Notes: a model not told the origin generated them from the sequence alone. 64,000 nucleotides of DNA from Glaucostegus cemiculus (GCA_976551045.1 CDPCPM010000061.1:1364001-1428000), one strand, 5' to 3'; positions 10,880-23,375 are shown, counted from the stretch's first letter. Translations and numbers: made by a program.

Positions 10880-13720
10880 AGGGAATGAATATTACGGTGG
10901 TGGATGGGGCACCAGTCAAGCAGGTAGCTTTGTCTTGATTGGTACTAACTTCCTGGAGTATTGTTGGAGTGGCATAACCAAGCAAGTGGAGAGTTTCCCA
11001 TCACAGTCCTGACATACCTTGCTGGTGTTGAAAGGCTCTGGAATGTCAGGAGGGACTTGTATACCACAGCCCCTGCCCTGTTCTTGCAGTCATTCTATTT
11101 ATGTGGCTGGTTCAGTTGAGCTCTTGGTAGTGATAATGGTTTATTATTGTCATGTGTACTGAGATACAGTGAAAAACATAATTTTGCAAGCTCTCCATGC
11201 AAATTATTTCAAAAGATAAGTACATTGAGGTAGTACAAGGGTAAAGCAATAACAGAATGCAGAATATAGTCGTACAGTTACAGAGAAAGTGCAGTGCAGG
11301 CAGACAGTAAGGTGCAAGGGCCGTGATGAAGTAGATTGTGAGGTCAAGAGTTAATCTTTACCATATAACTGGCCCGTTCAAGAGTCTTATAACAGCAGGA
11401 TGGAAGCTGTACTTGGACCTGGTAGTGCGTGTTTTCGAGCTTTTGTATCTTCTGCCTGATAGGAGATGGGAGAAGAGAGAATATTCAGGGTGGGTGGGGT
11501 CTTTGATCATGCTGGCTGCTTTTCCGAGGCAGCGGGAAACGTAGACAGAGCCCATGAAGGGGAGGTTGGTTTTCCTGATAGACTAAGCTGTGTCCACCAC
11601 TCTATGCAGTGTCTTAGGCAGAGCAGTTGCCACACCAAGCCATGATGCATCCAGATAGTATGCTGTGTGGATAGTATGGTGGATCTATAAAATTTGGTGA
11701 GGGTCAGCAGGGACGCACCAAGTTTCCTTCGCCTTCTGAGGAAGTAGAGGTGCTAGTGTGCTTTCTTGGCCATAGCGTTTAAGTGGTTGGACCAGGACAG
11801 CTAGGAACTTGAAGCTCTTAACCATCTCTACCTCAGCACCATTGATACGTACAGGGGCGTGTGCTCCGCCCTGCTTCCTGAAGTCAATGACCAGATTGTT
11901 TGTTTTGCTGACATTGAGGGAAAGTTTGTTATTATGACACCATGCCACTAGGCTCTCTCTCTACTTTCTGTACTCTGTCTTGTCATTATTTGAGATCTGG
12001 TCCACTACGGTGGTGTCATCTGCTGACTTGTCAATGGAGTCAGAGTAGAATCTGGCCACATAGCCATGACAGTATAGGCAGTAAATAGGAGGCTGAGGAC
12101 ACAACCTTGTGGAGCACCAGTGTTGAGAATAATCATGGCAGAGGTGTTGCTGCCTATCCTCACTGATTGCGGTCTGTTGGTTGAGAAGTCAAGGATCCAG
12201 TTGCAAAGGGAGATGCTGATTCATAGGTCTAGGAGTTTGGAGATGAGTTTGTTCGGAATTATGGTTTTGAAGGCGGAGCTGTAATCAATAAATAGGAGTT
12301 TGACGTAGGTGTCTTTGTCATAGGTGATCAATGATCGTCCCTAAAATATGGATAATGGGGATCTTGGTGGTGGTATTGGCACTGAATGTGAAGGGTAGGT
12401 GAAAAGATTCTCTCTTGTTGGAGAAGGTCATTGTCCAGCACCTCTGTGGCATGGATGTTCCATGCCATTTCTCAGCCCATTGCTGAATGTGTCGGTGTTG
12501 CGAGCTGCTGTTGTGACTGTGACTAAGCCACACAGAGACGGAAGCTGTAAGAGGTCTTTGTTCATCACGACAAGCAGGCATTCTCCTGGAGACACTCTCA
12601 GTAGAATCTCTCTGAACTCAAAGTACATCCAGTTTTTATACTCTTGAGAACAAAGGTAACAGCAGGTGATTCAATACAATTTCAATAGCTACAATGACAT
12701 TTGTTTACTTCAATATTTTGAGTCCAACAAATGGCTCCATTGAATTACATACTTACAGTGGAAGCACACTATAACTGACAAGACACCTCTGAATGTTCAA
12801 ACACCTTGCCTGGGACGAAGTAATCCACATGGATGGTCTGAAAGCTGGTAGAGGCAGGTACAATTATAACCTTGAAAAGACATCTGGATAGGTAATGGAG
12901 AGGAAAGGTTTACAGGGCAAGTCCAGGCAAATGGGACCAGCTCAAATAGGTACCTTGGTCAGCATGGAGAGGTTTGGCTGAAGGCCTTGTTTCTGTGCCG
13001 TGTATCTCTCTGACTTCATGAACATCCCCACTTCTGATGTATGATGAATGGGAGATTATAGATAAAGCTCTTAAGCTGGCTGAGCATAGGACACTTGTGC
13101 TTGAGGAACTCCTGCCGTGATGCCCTAGGACTAGAGTGATTGACCGACAACAACCGCAACCTTGGTATGAAACTTGACACCAACCATTGGAGAGTTTTTC
13201 TCTTGATGAACATTGCCGTCAATTTTATGGGCTCCTTGTTGCCACTTGGTCACATGTTGCTTCTGTGTTAAGGGCAGCCACTCTCACCTCAACTCTGAAA
13301 TTCAGCTCTTTGGTACATCTTTAGACTAAGGCTGTAATGTAGTCCGGAGCTGAATGGGCATTGGTGAGCAGAATATTGATGAATAAGCACCATGTATAGC
13401 ACTTATCACAACACCTTTCACCTCTTTGCCAATAATCAAGAGTAGACTCATTGGGTCATAATTAGGCAGCTTGAATTTGCCCTACTCTTGGCAAACAGGA
13501 TACACCTGAACATGTTCCAAGTTACGAGGTGAGTGCCATTCTTGTATCTGTACTGGAACAGCTTGGTTAGAGATGCAGTAATTCTGGGGCACTGTTCTTC
13601 AATACAACAGCCAGGATGTTGTCAGGTCTCACAGCCTTTGCTGTATCAAGTGCTGATATTCATTTCTTGATGTTGCATGGAATGAGTCCAATTGACCAAA
13701 GGAAGGTTTCTGTGATGTCC
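10880..13720 (-). mobile_element. Old CR1/L2-superclade LINE RT remnant, fragmented by younger insertions
   Basis: Minus-strand peptide IQQWAEKWH...CWTMTFSNKRESFHLPFTF...ILGTIID (12318-12500); RT N-terminal-like remnants at 13030-13720; C-terminal-like remnant at 10880-11130. Confidence 0.6.
11135..12318 (-). mobile_element. Rex1/Babar-type LINE, about 1.2 kb, 5'-truncated
   Basis: Peptides AWCHNNKLSLNVSKT..VIDFRK and LLSGRRYKSSKTRTTRSKYSFHPAVIRLLN; RT motif region (ADDTTVV, reverse complement of about 12004-12024). Confidence 0.92.
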
Positions 13721-13744
13721 AGAGGGAGCTGAGGGATCATCCTG

Positions 13745-13968
13745 AGATGACCTCACAATTGACTTCACAGTCTACCTCGTTATGACCTTGCACCTTATTG
13801 TCTGCCTGCACGGCACTTTCTCTGTAGCTGTTGCACTTTATTTTGCATTCTGTTATTGTTTTACCTTGTACTACCTTGATGTAACGAATGGATCTGTACG
13901 AACAGTATGCAAGACAAGTTATTCACTGTACCTTGGTACATGTGACAATAATAAACCAATTCCAATTC
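13745..13968 (+). mobile_element. Rex1/Babar-type LINE 3' UTR
   Basis: Reverse complement of 11135-11350; ends gtacatgtgacaataataaaccaattccaatt. Confidence 0.85.
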
Positions 13969-14160
13969 ATCCACTCCGACTTCTGTTGGAATATATTTGG
14001 GAATGTTTCAGCCATTTCCTTTAGCATGCTGGACTTCCTCTGCCATTTGGCCCATTGGTTCCAACCTGGTGTATCTGCTCCACATCTGCCTCCAGCCTCT
14101 CTATCTAGACCCATCCCATCACTTGATCTGTCTGTTCCTTTCTCCCTGCTTCTTCTAAAA

Positions 14161-14365
14161 CACAAGCAATCTGCTGGAGGAACTCAGTGGGTTGACCAGA
14201 ATCTGTGGGAGGAAAGGAATTGTTGACGTTTCAGCTCATGACGCAGAGTTTCGACCCGAACCATCGACGATTCCTTTCCTCCCACAGATGCTGCTTGACC
14301 TGCTGAGTTCCTCCAGCAGATTGCTTGTGGCTCCAGATTCCAGTCTCTGCAAATCCCTTATGTCT
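14161..14365. mobile_element. Palindromic Penelope-terminus-derived element
   Basis: 14161-14187 pairs perfectly with 14303-14329, and 14201-14220 with 14270-14289. Arms are homologous to 17200-17310. Confidence 0.8.
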
Positions 14366-14843
14366 CTCCTTAAATACATCTCAGCTCTTTGTCTCACCCC
14401 TTTGTTCTTCGGAGCCAAGTCTCACCTACCCACCAATCACTGGGGATAGCAGTTTCTCCAGAATTCCCAATTCTCCAGGACTCAGAAAATGGCCAAATCC
14501 TTCACCGCCAAGCCACTGCCCTAAATATTTGGTTAAAAATAAAATACGATAACCATCAAAATAAGATAAGGCTTGGAACCTATTGGGACCCTCTTGCTTG
14601 TCTATGACATTGCTGCAACTTGATATACTCTCATCTTGTGACATTTTGATTACTTTTTAAATGATTTCCATAACCTTTCCTGTCAGCTCCATCTTCTGAG
14701 GGCATCCCTCAGCTGCCAGTTTCAGTAATGAATGAGCTTTAAGAAGGAAATCATTTCCAGCATTCGAAGTATGAAGTTAGTGCATATCAAGATGCTCAAA
14801 GTCTACTATGGCTGTCACCTCAGCATAGGCTATTAACCTGCCC

Positions 14844-15135
14844 TAGTGGTTAGCACAATGCTTTACAGCACCAGCGACCCGGGTTCAAATCCAGCAACTG
14901 TCTGTAAGGAGTTTGTATGTTCTCCCCGTAACTGTGTGGGTTTCCTCCGGGTGCTCCAGTTTCCTCCCACATTCCAAAGACGTACAGGTTAGGAGGTTAC
15001 GGGCATGCTATGTTGGTGCTGGAAGTGTGGCGACACTTACAGGCTGCCTCCCAAAAACTACTACGCAAAAGATGTATTTCACTGTATGTTTCAATGTACA
15101 TGTGACTGATAAAGATCTGATCTTATCTCTTATCT
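14844..15135 (+). mobile_element. V-SINE with Rex1-like tail
   Basis: tRNA-like head (gggttcaaatcc), V-domain gtgggtttcctccgggtgctccagtttcctcccaca, tail ttcactgt...gtacatgtgactgataaa. Confidence 0.88.
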
Positions 15136-15584
15136 TCAGCATTATTATGAAATAGATATTAAACCACTGCCATACAGTTCAGTGTATAATTAAGCACACC
15201 AGTGAAAGAATTGAATCACTTCAGCTCTACATACAACTATATCAATATTCTATTCATTCTGTGTCAGAAATGCTAATGATTCAAAGTTTGCATCTATAGT
15301 AGTTAAAGTTCATGAGTTGTAACAACACCCTTGCAGCAGAATTTTCATTATTAGCTCTTCTTTTGACTTGTGGCAAAACCCAAACTAAACATCCAGATTG
15401 TGACAGAAGTAGGAATGGTTTTATTTTTGGTGTACATAAATACTATTCAGTTCAACAATCATCATTGTTGCTAGTGGGAAACTCTTAACATTATGTGTCC
15501 GGATATTTTGGTAGAATTTGGTCATTTCCTGCGTTGATCTCCTGTGAGCCAAGTTTACTTGTATTCCCTCTTTCATAACTCTGT

Positions 15585-17315
15585 CTGTGCCATCTCCCCT
15601 ATATACCTCCGTTCCCCATCATGACACCTTCACCGCCCTCCGCTTCTTTCTTGACCAGAGACAGAACCAGTCCCCTTCCACTAACACTCTCCTCCACCTG
15701 GCTGAATTTGTCCTCGCCCTAAACAACTTCACTTTTGATTCCTCTCACTTACTACAGACCAAGGGCACAACCATGGGCACTCGCATGGGCCACAGCTATG
15801 CCTCCTCTTCATTGGCTACGTTGAACAGTCTCTGATCCAAGCCTCCTCCAGCCCCAATCCTCCATTCTTTCTCCGTTATATCAACGACTGCATTGGTGCC
15901 ACCTCTTGCACCTGTGCAGAACTTGACAGTTTCATAAATTTTGCCACAAATTTTCACCCTGCTCTCCAATTCACTTGGACTATCTCTGACACCTCTCTCT
16001 CTCCTTCCTTGATCTTTCCATCTCCATCTCAGGAGATTCCTTATCCACCGACATCTCCTACAACCCACTAATGCCCACATCTACCTCGATTACAGTTCCA
16101 CCCACCCTGTCTCTTGCAAGGACACTATCCCTTTTTCTCAACTTCTCCGCCTGCGCTGCATCTGCTCCCATGATAAAGCCTTCCCCCCTGGGACATCCAA
16201 GATGTCCAACTTCTTTACTAACCGTGGCTTCCCCCCGACTGTGGTCGAGAGAGCTTGCACCCACACCTCTTGCATTTCCCGCACCTCTGCTCTCATCCCC
16301 ACCCCTCCCAGAGCCAACAGGGTGAGGGTTCCCCTTGTCCTCGCATTTCATCCCACCAGCTCACGTATCCAACATGTCATTCTCCGCCACTACCGCCATC
16401 TCAACGGGACCCCACCGCCAATTATATCTTCTGCCTTTTACAGGGACCACTATCTCCACGACTCCCGAGTTCACTCCTCCCTCCCCACCCATCCCGCTCC
16501 CACCCCGGGGACTTTCCACTGCCCCCGCCATAGGTGCAATCACCTCCTTCCAGGGACCCAAACAGTCCTTTCAGGTGAGACAGAGATTCACCTGCACCTC
16601 CCTTAATATCATCTGCTGCATTCGGTGCTGCAAGTGTGGCCTCCCCTACATTGGCGAGACCAAACGCAGACTAGGTGACCGTTTCGCAGAACACCTGTGC
16701 TCCGTCCGTAACTGTGATCTGCTTCCCCCTCCCCCTGTTGCCGGTCACCTCAAATCCCCCCTCCCCCTCCCACTCCATCACAGATATGTCAGTCCTCAGC
16801 CTCCTCCACTGCCAGGAGAAGTCCAGGCATAAACTGGAGGAACAGCACCTCATTTTCCATCTTGGAACCTTGCAGCCTAATAGCATGAACGTTGAATTCT
16901 CCCACTTTAAGTAATCCCCACAACCTTCCCCAACACCCTCCCCAACCATGCCTCTTCCCTTTCCTCACCTATCTCTCTTTTCTTTACCCTGCCCTCTTTT
17001 CCTCCTTACCTTTGACCTATCCCCCAGTAAATCTGATCTCCCCTCCTTCCCCACACCTGTCTATCACTGTCTCTTACCTGTATCGCCACCCCGTGCCCAC
17101 CCCACCTCCCCTCTTTTGTCCACCTATCGCTGCTCTGCTTTTCCCTCCCGTATATTGGGCTTCCCCTTTTCCTATCTTCAGTCCTGAAGAAGGGTCCTGA
17201 CCCAAAACATTGACCGCCTGCTTTTCTCCACAGATGCTGCCTGGCCTGCTGAGTTCCTCCAGCGTCATCATGTTTTTCATCTAGATTCCAGCATCTGCAG
17301 TCCTTTGTTTCTCTT
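15585..17315 (+). mobile_element. Penelope-like retroelement (RT C-terminal half, GIY-YIG endonuclease, terminal repeat); 5'-truncated and frameshifted
   Basis: PLE RT motifs LYTSVPH, QTKGTTMGTRMG, RYINDCIG; endonuclease NIICCIRCCKCGLPYIGETKRRLGDRFAEH; C-terminal EEQHLIFHLGTLQPNSMNVEF. Confidence 0.92.
17179..17216 (+). ncRNA. Degenerate minimal type I hammerhead ribozyme motif in the Penelope-like terminus
   Basis: GUC-CUGAAGA-[A GGGUC CU GACCC]-AAAACAUU-GAC. Restoring two CpG>CpA changes gives GAAACGUU; helix I is GUC/GAC. Confidence 0.62.
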
Positions 17316-17454
17316 CTCTATTTTCTGTTTCTCTTTCCTGCCTTGATATACCCACAATTTCACTCTTATGATGTTGTTGTATTCATTGTTTCGCAATTAA
17401 ATATTGTTTAATGCAATAACAGTCATTACAATAGGTCATATTGTGATGGGGACA

Positions 17455-17590
17455 GTGGTGGTACAGTGTTTAAATTATCAGTCTAGTAAACCAGAGGCCT
17501 GGACTGACAGTCCAGAGACCTGAGTTCAATTCCCACTGTGGTATCTGTGGAATTTGATTTCAGGTTAATAATCCTGAATTTAAAAAACAA
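17455..17590 (+). mobile_element. Old tRNA-derived SINE head; related relics at about 28740-28930, 40130-40230, 49840-50110, 62930-63075 and 63825-63940
   Basis: gtggtacagtg...gagttcaattcccac A/B-box-like head. The relics share ggacattagtgaaccagatgggtttt-like motifs. Confidence 0.5.
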
Positions 17591-17859
17591 TCATTACTGA
17601 TCTTGTTCATTAACATCCTTGAAGGATTATATGTGACTTCAACATGGATGGTTCTTCAAACACACTTATTGCAAAACAGGAGGGGGGCATTTGGCCAAAG
17701 CCTTTTTCCCAGAGCGTCCCATTCCCCTTGGTATATTTCCTTTAACACTAGAATGTCTTCCTTCTCAGATGCCCACCAAGTTCCCATTTTGTAATTTATA
17801 GTCACCAGTTAACCCACCAAGACATCTTTAGGACATGGGAATGTGCAAGTCAGTAGTAG

Positions 17860-18500
17860 CCTGAAAGTTCCAACTCAAGTAGAAAGGGTGGTGAAGAATT
17901 GTACAGCATACTTGGCTTCATTGATTAAGATGTTAAATATAAAGGTCAGGAATCACGATGCAGCTGTATAAAACTTTAGTTAAGCTACATTTGGAGTGTT
18001 ATGTGCAGTTCTGGTTGCCCCATTGGTTACCAAGAGGATACAGAAGAGGTTCAACACGATGTTGCCTGGATTAGAGTATTAGCTATAAGGAGAGGTTGGG
18101 CAAAGTTGGACTGTTTTCTCTAGGGTGTTGGAGGCTGAGGTGAGACCTGATAGAAGCATATAAAATAATGAGAGGCCTAGACAGGGTAGGTAATCAGTCT
18201 TTTTCCCAGGTGGAAATGTCAAATACCAGAGGGCACAGGTTTAAGGTGAGGGGGGGAAAGTTTAAAGGAGATTTATGAGGTAAGTTTTTTACAGAGAGAG
18301 TGCTGGGTGCTGGAACATGCTGCAAGGGGAAGTGGTGGAAGCAAATGCAATAGCAACATTTAAGAGGTTTTTAGACAGACAAGTGAACAGGCAGGGAATG
18401 GAGGGATAGAGATGATGTGCAGGCCTTTGTGATTAATTTAGATTGGATCAAGGTTGGCACAGACATTGTGGGCTGAAGGGCCTGTCCCTGTGCTTTACTG
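17860..18500 (+). mobile_element. CR1 LINE 3' fragment
   Basis: RT C-terminal remnants (YKTLV..HLE..VQFW) and the typical 3' end gggctgaagggcctgtccctgtgct. Confidence 0.85.
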
Positions 18501-18688
18501 CTCAATGTTCTACGTGGAGGAAACCCACAGAGAGAACGTGCAAACTCTCACAAATAGCACCCAAGGTCAGGATTGAACCCAGGTTGTAGGAACTGTGACA
18601 GAGTTGCACCATCATGTCACCTTGCAAGCCCCACAGTGAGGGAGGGGAAACAAATGCTGGCCTTGGCAGTGATGCCCAGATCCAGCAT

Positions 18689-18960
18689 ATAGAAAAACCA
18701 CAGCACAATTCAGGCCCTTTGGCCCACAAAGCTGTGCCAAACATGTCCCTACACTAGAAATTACTGGGCATTCCCATAGCCCTCTATTTTACTTAGCTCC
18801 ATCTAACAGTCTTTTGAAAAACCCTATTGTATCTGTCTCCACCACTGCTTCTGGCAGCCCATTCCAAGCACTCACCACTCTTCTGAGTAAAAAACTTGCC
18901 CCTGACATCTCTATATCTACTCCCCAGCACCTTAAACCTATGTCCTCTTATGGCCACCTG
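18689..18960 (-). mobile_element. CR1 LINE 3' end, same subfamily as 39735-40040
   Basis: Minus-strand peptide RGHRFKVLGSRYRDVRGKFFTQ; near-identical reverse complement of 39780-40035. Confidence 0.88.
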
Positions 18961-19499
18961 GGGAATATTCTGGAGAAGTTTGTACTGAAGCCAAGTTTGA
19001 TACTCCAATGCAGTCTGCTTTCAATGTCAGAGGTGTCACCTTTCCAATGAGAAGTTTAACCAAGGCTCTGTCTATCCCTGAAGGCGGGTATACAAGATGC
19101 CATGGCAACGCTCAAAGAGCTCTCGCTCTTACCAAGTTTTCACCTTGCAGCAGACAATGCATGTTGATGATTTCTTCAATTTGTGTCATGTAAAGGAAAG
19201 GTTTCAGACAAGAAATAGGAGAACCAAGACCATAGAAAGGCCACTCTGTTTCTCCTGCAAGACTTACTCCCTTGCTAAAATGTATAAGATTTCCAAAAGG
19301 GTCTTTACATAAGACTTCATAGCCATTATAGATGTACCGGAATAACTGCAGCACCCTACCTTCATTCCAACAGTTCATTTTTTGGCTTCTTGATGGGAGT
19401 AATTTTGTTTGCATTAGTTCAGAATATCAAATTATTCCTCACACTTCATTACAAAACTAACGATTTGAGTGTGGATATTGTTCATTGCCCATATCTTCG

Positions 19500-19850
19500 T
19501 AGAGTCACACAGCACAGAAACGGGCCCTTCACCTAAGTGGTCCATGCCAACCAAGGTTCCCATCTAAGCCAGTCCCATTTGCCCACATTTGGCCTCTATC
19601 CTTCTAAACCTTTCCTATCCACGTACCTGTCCAAGTTCCTTTTAAATGTTGTTAATGTACCTGCCTCAACCACTTCCTCTGGCAACTCATTCCATATAAA
19701 TGTCTCCACTCTCACCTTGAACCTATGCCCTCTTGTTCTTGATTCCCTAACCCTGGGAAAAAGACTATGTCTCCCCTCTCACCTTAAACCTCTCTCCCTG
19801 ACCCTAAACCTATGCCCTCTTGTTCTTGATTCCCCAACCCTGGGAGAATA
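19500..19850 (-). mobile_element. CR1 3' fragment with an internal tandem duplication of about 55 bp
   Basis: acctatgccctcttgttcttgattccc..accctggga occurs twice (about 19721-19758 and 19808-19845). Confidence 0.8.
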
Positions 19851-22800
19851 CTATATTTCCATATTAATATTTCCAAAAGGTACAACCCAGGGACGTCCAC
19901 TTCAGGCTCTGTATAATGTTTGTCACCAAAAACACATGAAAAGTGATGAATTGCAGACCTTGGAGTACATTAGGTGAGGAGCAATTTGATTGGGAAAATG
20001 AGGTCCCTGTTTGAGGCAAACCTTACCCCTCCCTCCTCCCCACTAATCCCACAGCACAGAAGGTGGAGCAACTGTGCCAATGAAGGGATAGCGCCCCTAT
20101 AAAATATAGTATCCATCAATACTTGTGGCCACACATTGTCTTTATTATGAATGCAGAGGTTAAATATACTTTTAGTTGGTTATATGATAATTTTTTTCTC
20201 TTCACTCAACATTTTTTTTTTAATCTCCACTGTGCCTCGATTAGGAGAGGAGCCAATGATGACTAAACTAGAGGGCAGCCCATTAATAATTGCCTTGTGC
20301 CCCAACATGGAACTGTGTGACTGACCGGTGATCTCATTACCATACCGGCAACCAGTCTGCTGGCCTACATTTCAATCACTTGCACTTAAATGAATGTTAG
20401 TATATTATTGCTCTTGTGTTTATGCTGTGACACCCAGGGTGACTGGGAGACTGACTTCCATGTTCCGGATTAGTCAATGCAGCTTGGTTTGTCACCTTTG
20501 AAATATAAACTCGTCCACTGAGAAGAGCAATCCTTTGCCCTCGTTCCTCCCACCACTTTTTATGTGCGGAACTACTTAAACATCAAACGCTGAAACAACT
20601 GCTGGCACAGTTATTACTGCAGCTGCTCAGGGGACCTATTCAGATGCTTCATTTATTGGAGCTTAATAGATTAAAAAAAAGCCAAATTGGATCTCCTGAT
20701 AGAAGCCTAATCAAGTTATAATCTGCATAATTTTCACATAAGCTTTGGTTTGAAATTTGCATAATTTATGTTGCAGCAGATACTAATGTGATATTAAAAA
20801 GTATTTAATCCAGTCATTGAGTTTTATTTATCTTGTTGACTGGTTGTTTTTCTATCCTTCAATTGTTTGAGTTCAGTTATCTGGTGAGCATCACTGAATG
20901 ATCACCCTCTTAAAATATGTCACTCAGTGCCTTGATCTCTGTTCTGCATAAAATTGTCCTCAGTCACCAATACTACAGAGGCACACTGTCAGCTTCCCTT
21001 TTCATTATTCCCGTATTAGTTCCCATGCATGGCCACAGTAACTAAGAGCCTCAAACAACAGGGGAGTTCTGAAGCCTGAACAGTGTGTTATACAGAATCT
21101 CAGCATCTTGTAGAGGAATCCTCTGGGCTGGGGAATTAAATGCAATAAATGCTGTGACTTTTCACAGAGAGGACTAAATAATGATGACCCAAGCATCGGC
21201 CTTTGTCCGATCACTCTCTTTACTTCCTAGCCTCACTAATACATGTTTCATGTGCATCAAGGTTATTCCGTATAATTCTAATGCTGCCAAGGCCATTAAA
21301 CATGCCTTGGACAGACTATGGAATGTCAGGTTTGATTTGAATGCAGTAGTGCTGTGTAGTAATTCCCGTACATGCATTAAGTGTTCATCGAGTCCTGATT
21401 TTCCCAAAGGTTCCAAAGTTCCCTCATTAATTAACATGAGTCTGCCACTGTTCAGAACTCAAAGTTACTTCTTTTTTATTGAGACAGCAAACATCCAGAC
21501 AATTTGAGGTAAGGACTGAGTGAAGGGTAAAGCCAATAACATTTTCAACGTGCTTCGGCATTTAATTCTATGCTTTAGTAAGTTCTGTTTATTCTCATTT
21601 AGTGGTTTTAAATGATTTTGTTTCCAGGTATTTTTGACCTCCTCATTCACTTAGTCCTTTTCTGTAAGGTATAGGTTATTTATATAAATTGAGCTTGTTA
21701 AAGTTCACAGAGCTTGAAACATATTAGAGAACTAAACGCTAGCCAGGAAATTTGCATGCAGATAATAAAGACCCTTGTTTCCCTTTTATTAATAACATCC
21801 TGAATGATACATTACCAACTGTGCTTCAACAGGAACTGCTAGCACAGGTTACTTGGGGGAGAAACAAGACAATGCCTGGGATAAATACAATGCTTTGATT
21901 GACTTAACTGAACCGGATCATCTCTGCAGTCTTCAACCATTAACTGAAGCCTTATCCTTGATATTCAAGTGTATATGACTCTTCATTTAAGTCGAAGCTT
22001 TCTAAAAATATAAAATATGTATAGATTTCCATTTGAAAGAAACAATTTCAGAGAGTTTCCTTAAAAAAGTCAATTGGAAGAATGTCATTTTGTTAAAAAC
22101 TTTAAGATCAGTATGTTTTTTATAAAGAAAAGATAACAATTCTAAAAGCCAACAGCCTGGGTTTTATTGTGTCAGCATTAACTAATGGCCTGAAGCTCTC
22201 TCTAAAAGAACCTGAAGTCTATGTATTATGTATACTGCATTACTGGCTTTAGGTGTTGACTTGTGAACATGGAAAATGAAAAATGTCAAGGTCTATGACT
22301 TCAAAAGAAATGGCATGTTTGTGGGTTTTTAGGATGTTGAATGTTAACATTTCTGATAAAAAGGATTTTATGTTCACTATGTAGTAGCAAAATGGGAAAC
22401 ATGTAAAATTAATATCAGAAACATGATGGGAAACCTGTAAATGCTAAATAGGGATCAAGTGACCTTTATTGATTAAATTATTTCAGGTTACTGCTAGTGG
22501 GCTTGTCGATTTGGTAAAACATTAATGCAGGCACCAAAACGAAAATGAATTTGGAAGAAAAGCTTGCAGGATGGAGTTTCTGATCTAAAAAAGATTAGAA
22601 AGGAGGGAAGGAACTGGGTTTAAGAGAAGCCACGGGAGTTGCTCTTCACTGTGCCTCACATTTCCAAATTGAGGAGCGTCTGATCAGTTGATGCTCATCA
22701 CTTCAATTAGAATTCTTAACCATTTTTTGGGGGTGTTTGGCTTTAAAGCACATGTCACTTCTCTGAACTTAAGATGTTGGCAGCTTCCTTTGTACTGCAG

Positions 22801-23261
22801 CCCCTCACTATAACACTCCCTTCAGGAACCATGCGAAAATCATGTTTCTGTAGAGGGACTGGAGTTTGGATATACTTTATTTATCAGCAACGCATGTTGC
22901 ATCAAGAACTATGGTACATCAGAGAGCTTTATAATGAGGGCTTACGACAGCACTTTACTTTTTAGTCTTTCCATTTCAAGCTGATCTTTTTGTGTATTCT
23001 GTACAAATAAAAAGTTACAGTTTGCCAACTCTGCCAACACTACACATGTATTCATTAGTGAGGAAATACTACCGAGTGTTTGGACCTACAACAAGTCTCA
23101 ACGATCGGAGATTATTTGCATTATCCCATGTGGGGTCACCTCGATGTGCTATTGCCACAGAACCAGATAGTGGGGTCATTCAGTGAGGCTAGGAGCCCGT
23201 GTTCACCTTGCTGATGAGGAGAAATAGACGCTTGATTTTATGACTTCTTATTCTTTCGTAG

Positions 23262-23375
23262 GATTCACACCTCCGGGGATGGACAGAACATCACCAGACA
23301 ACAGTCCCGTCCATGGTCTGGTCCGGCAGACTTCCATAACCACAGGAGCCAACATCCCAATGATGACTGAGCTAG
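23262..23375 (+). CDS. KCNMA1: BK channel (Slo1) exon, RCK2 segment preceding the Ca bowl: (G)[37 protein letters not shown]
   Basis: Translation closely matches human [38 protein letters not shown]. Acceptor ttctttcgtag, donor CTAG|gtatgg, 114 nt, phase 1-1. Confidence 0.97.

Noticed and set aside
22487-22513. 27-nt segment bounded by tttcag and gtaaaa as a microexon
   Set aside because: It has a TAG in the required phase-1 frame, a weak pyrimidine tract and a weak donor, with no other support.
1-23261. Upstream KCNMA1 exon (GTPLSRADLRAV...MQFDDSIGVLQANSQ)
   Set aside because: Not found by eye; it probably lies 5' of the window, though a miss cannot be fully excluded without tBLASTn.
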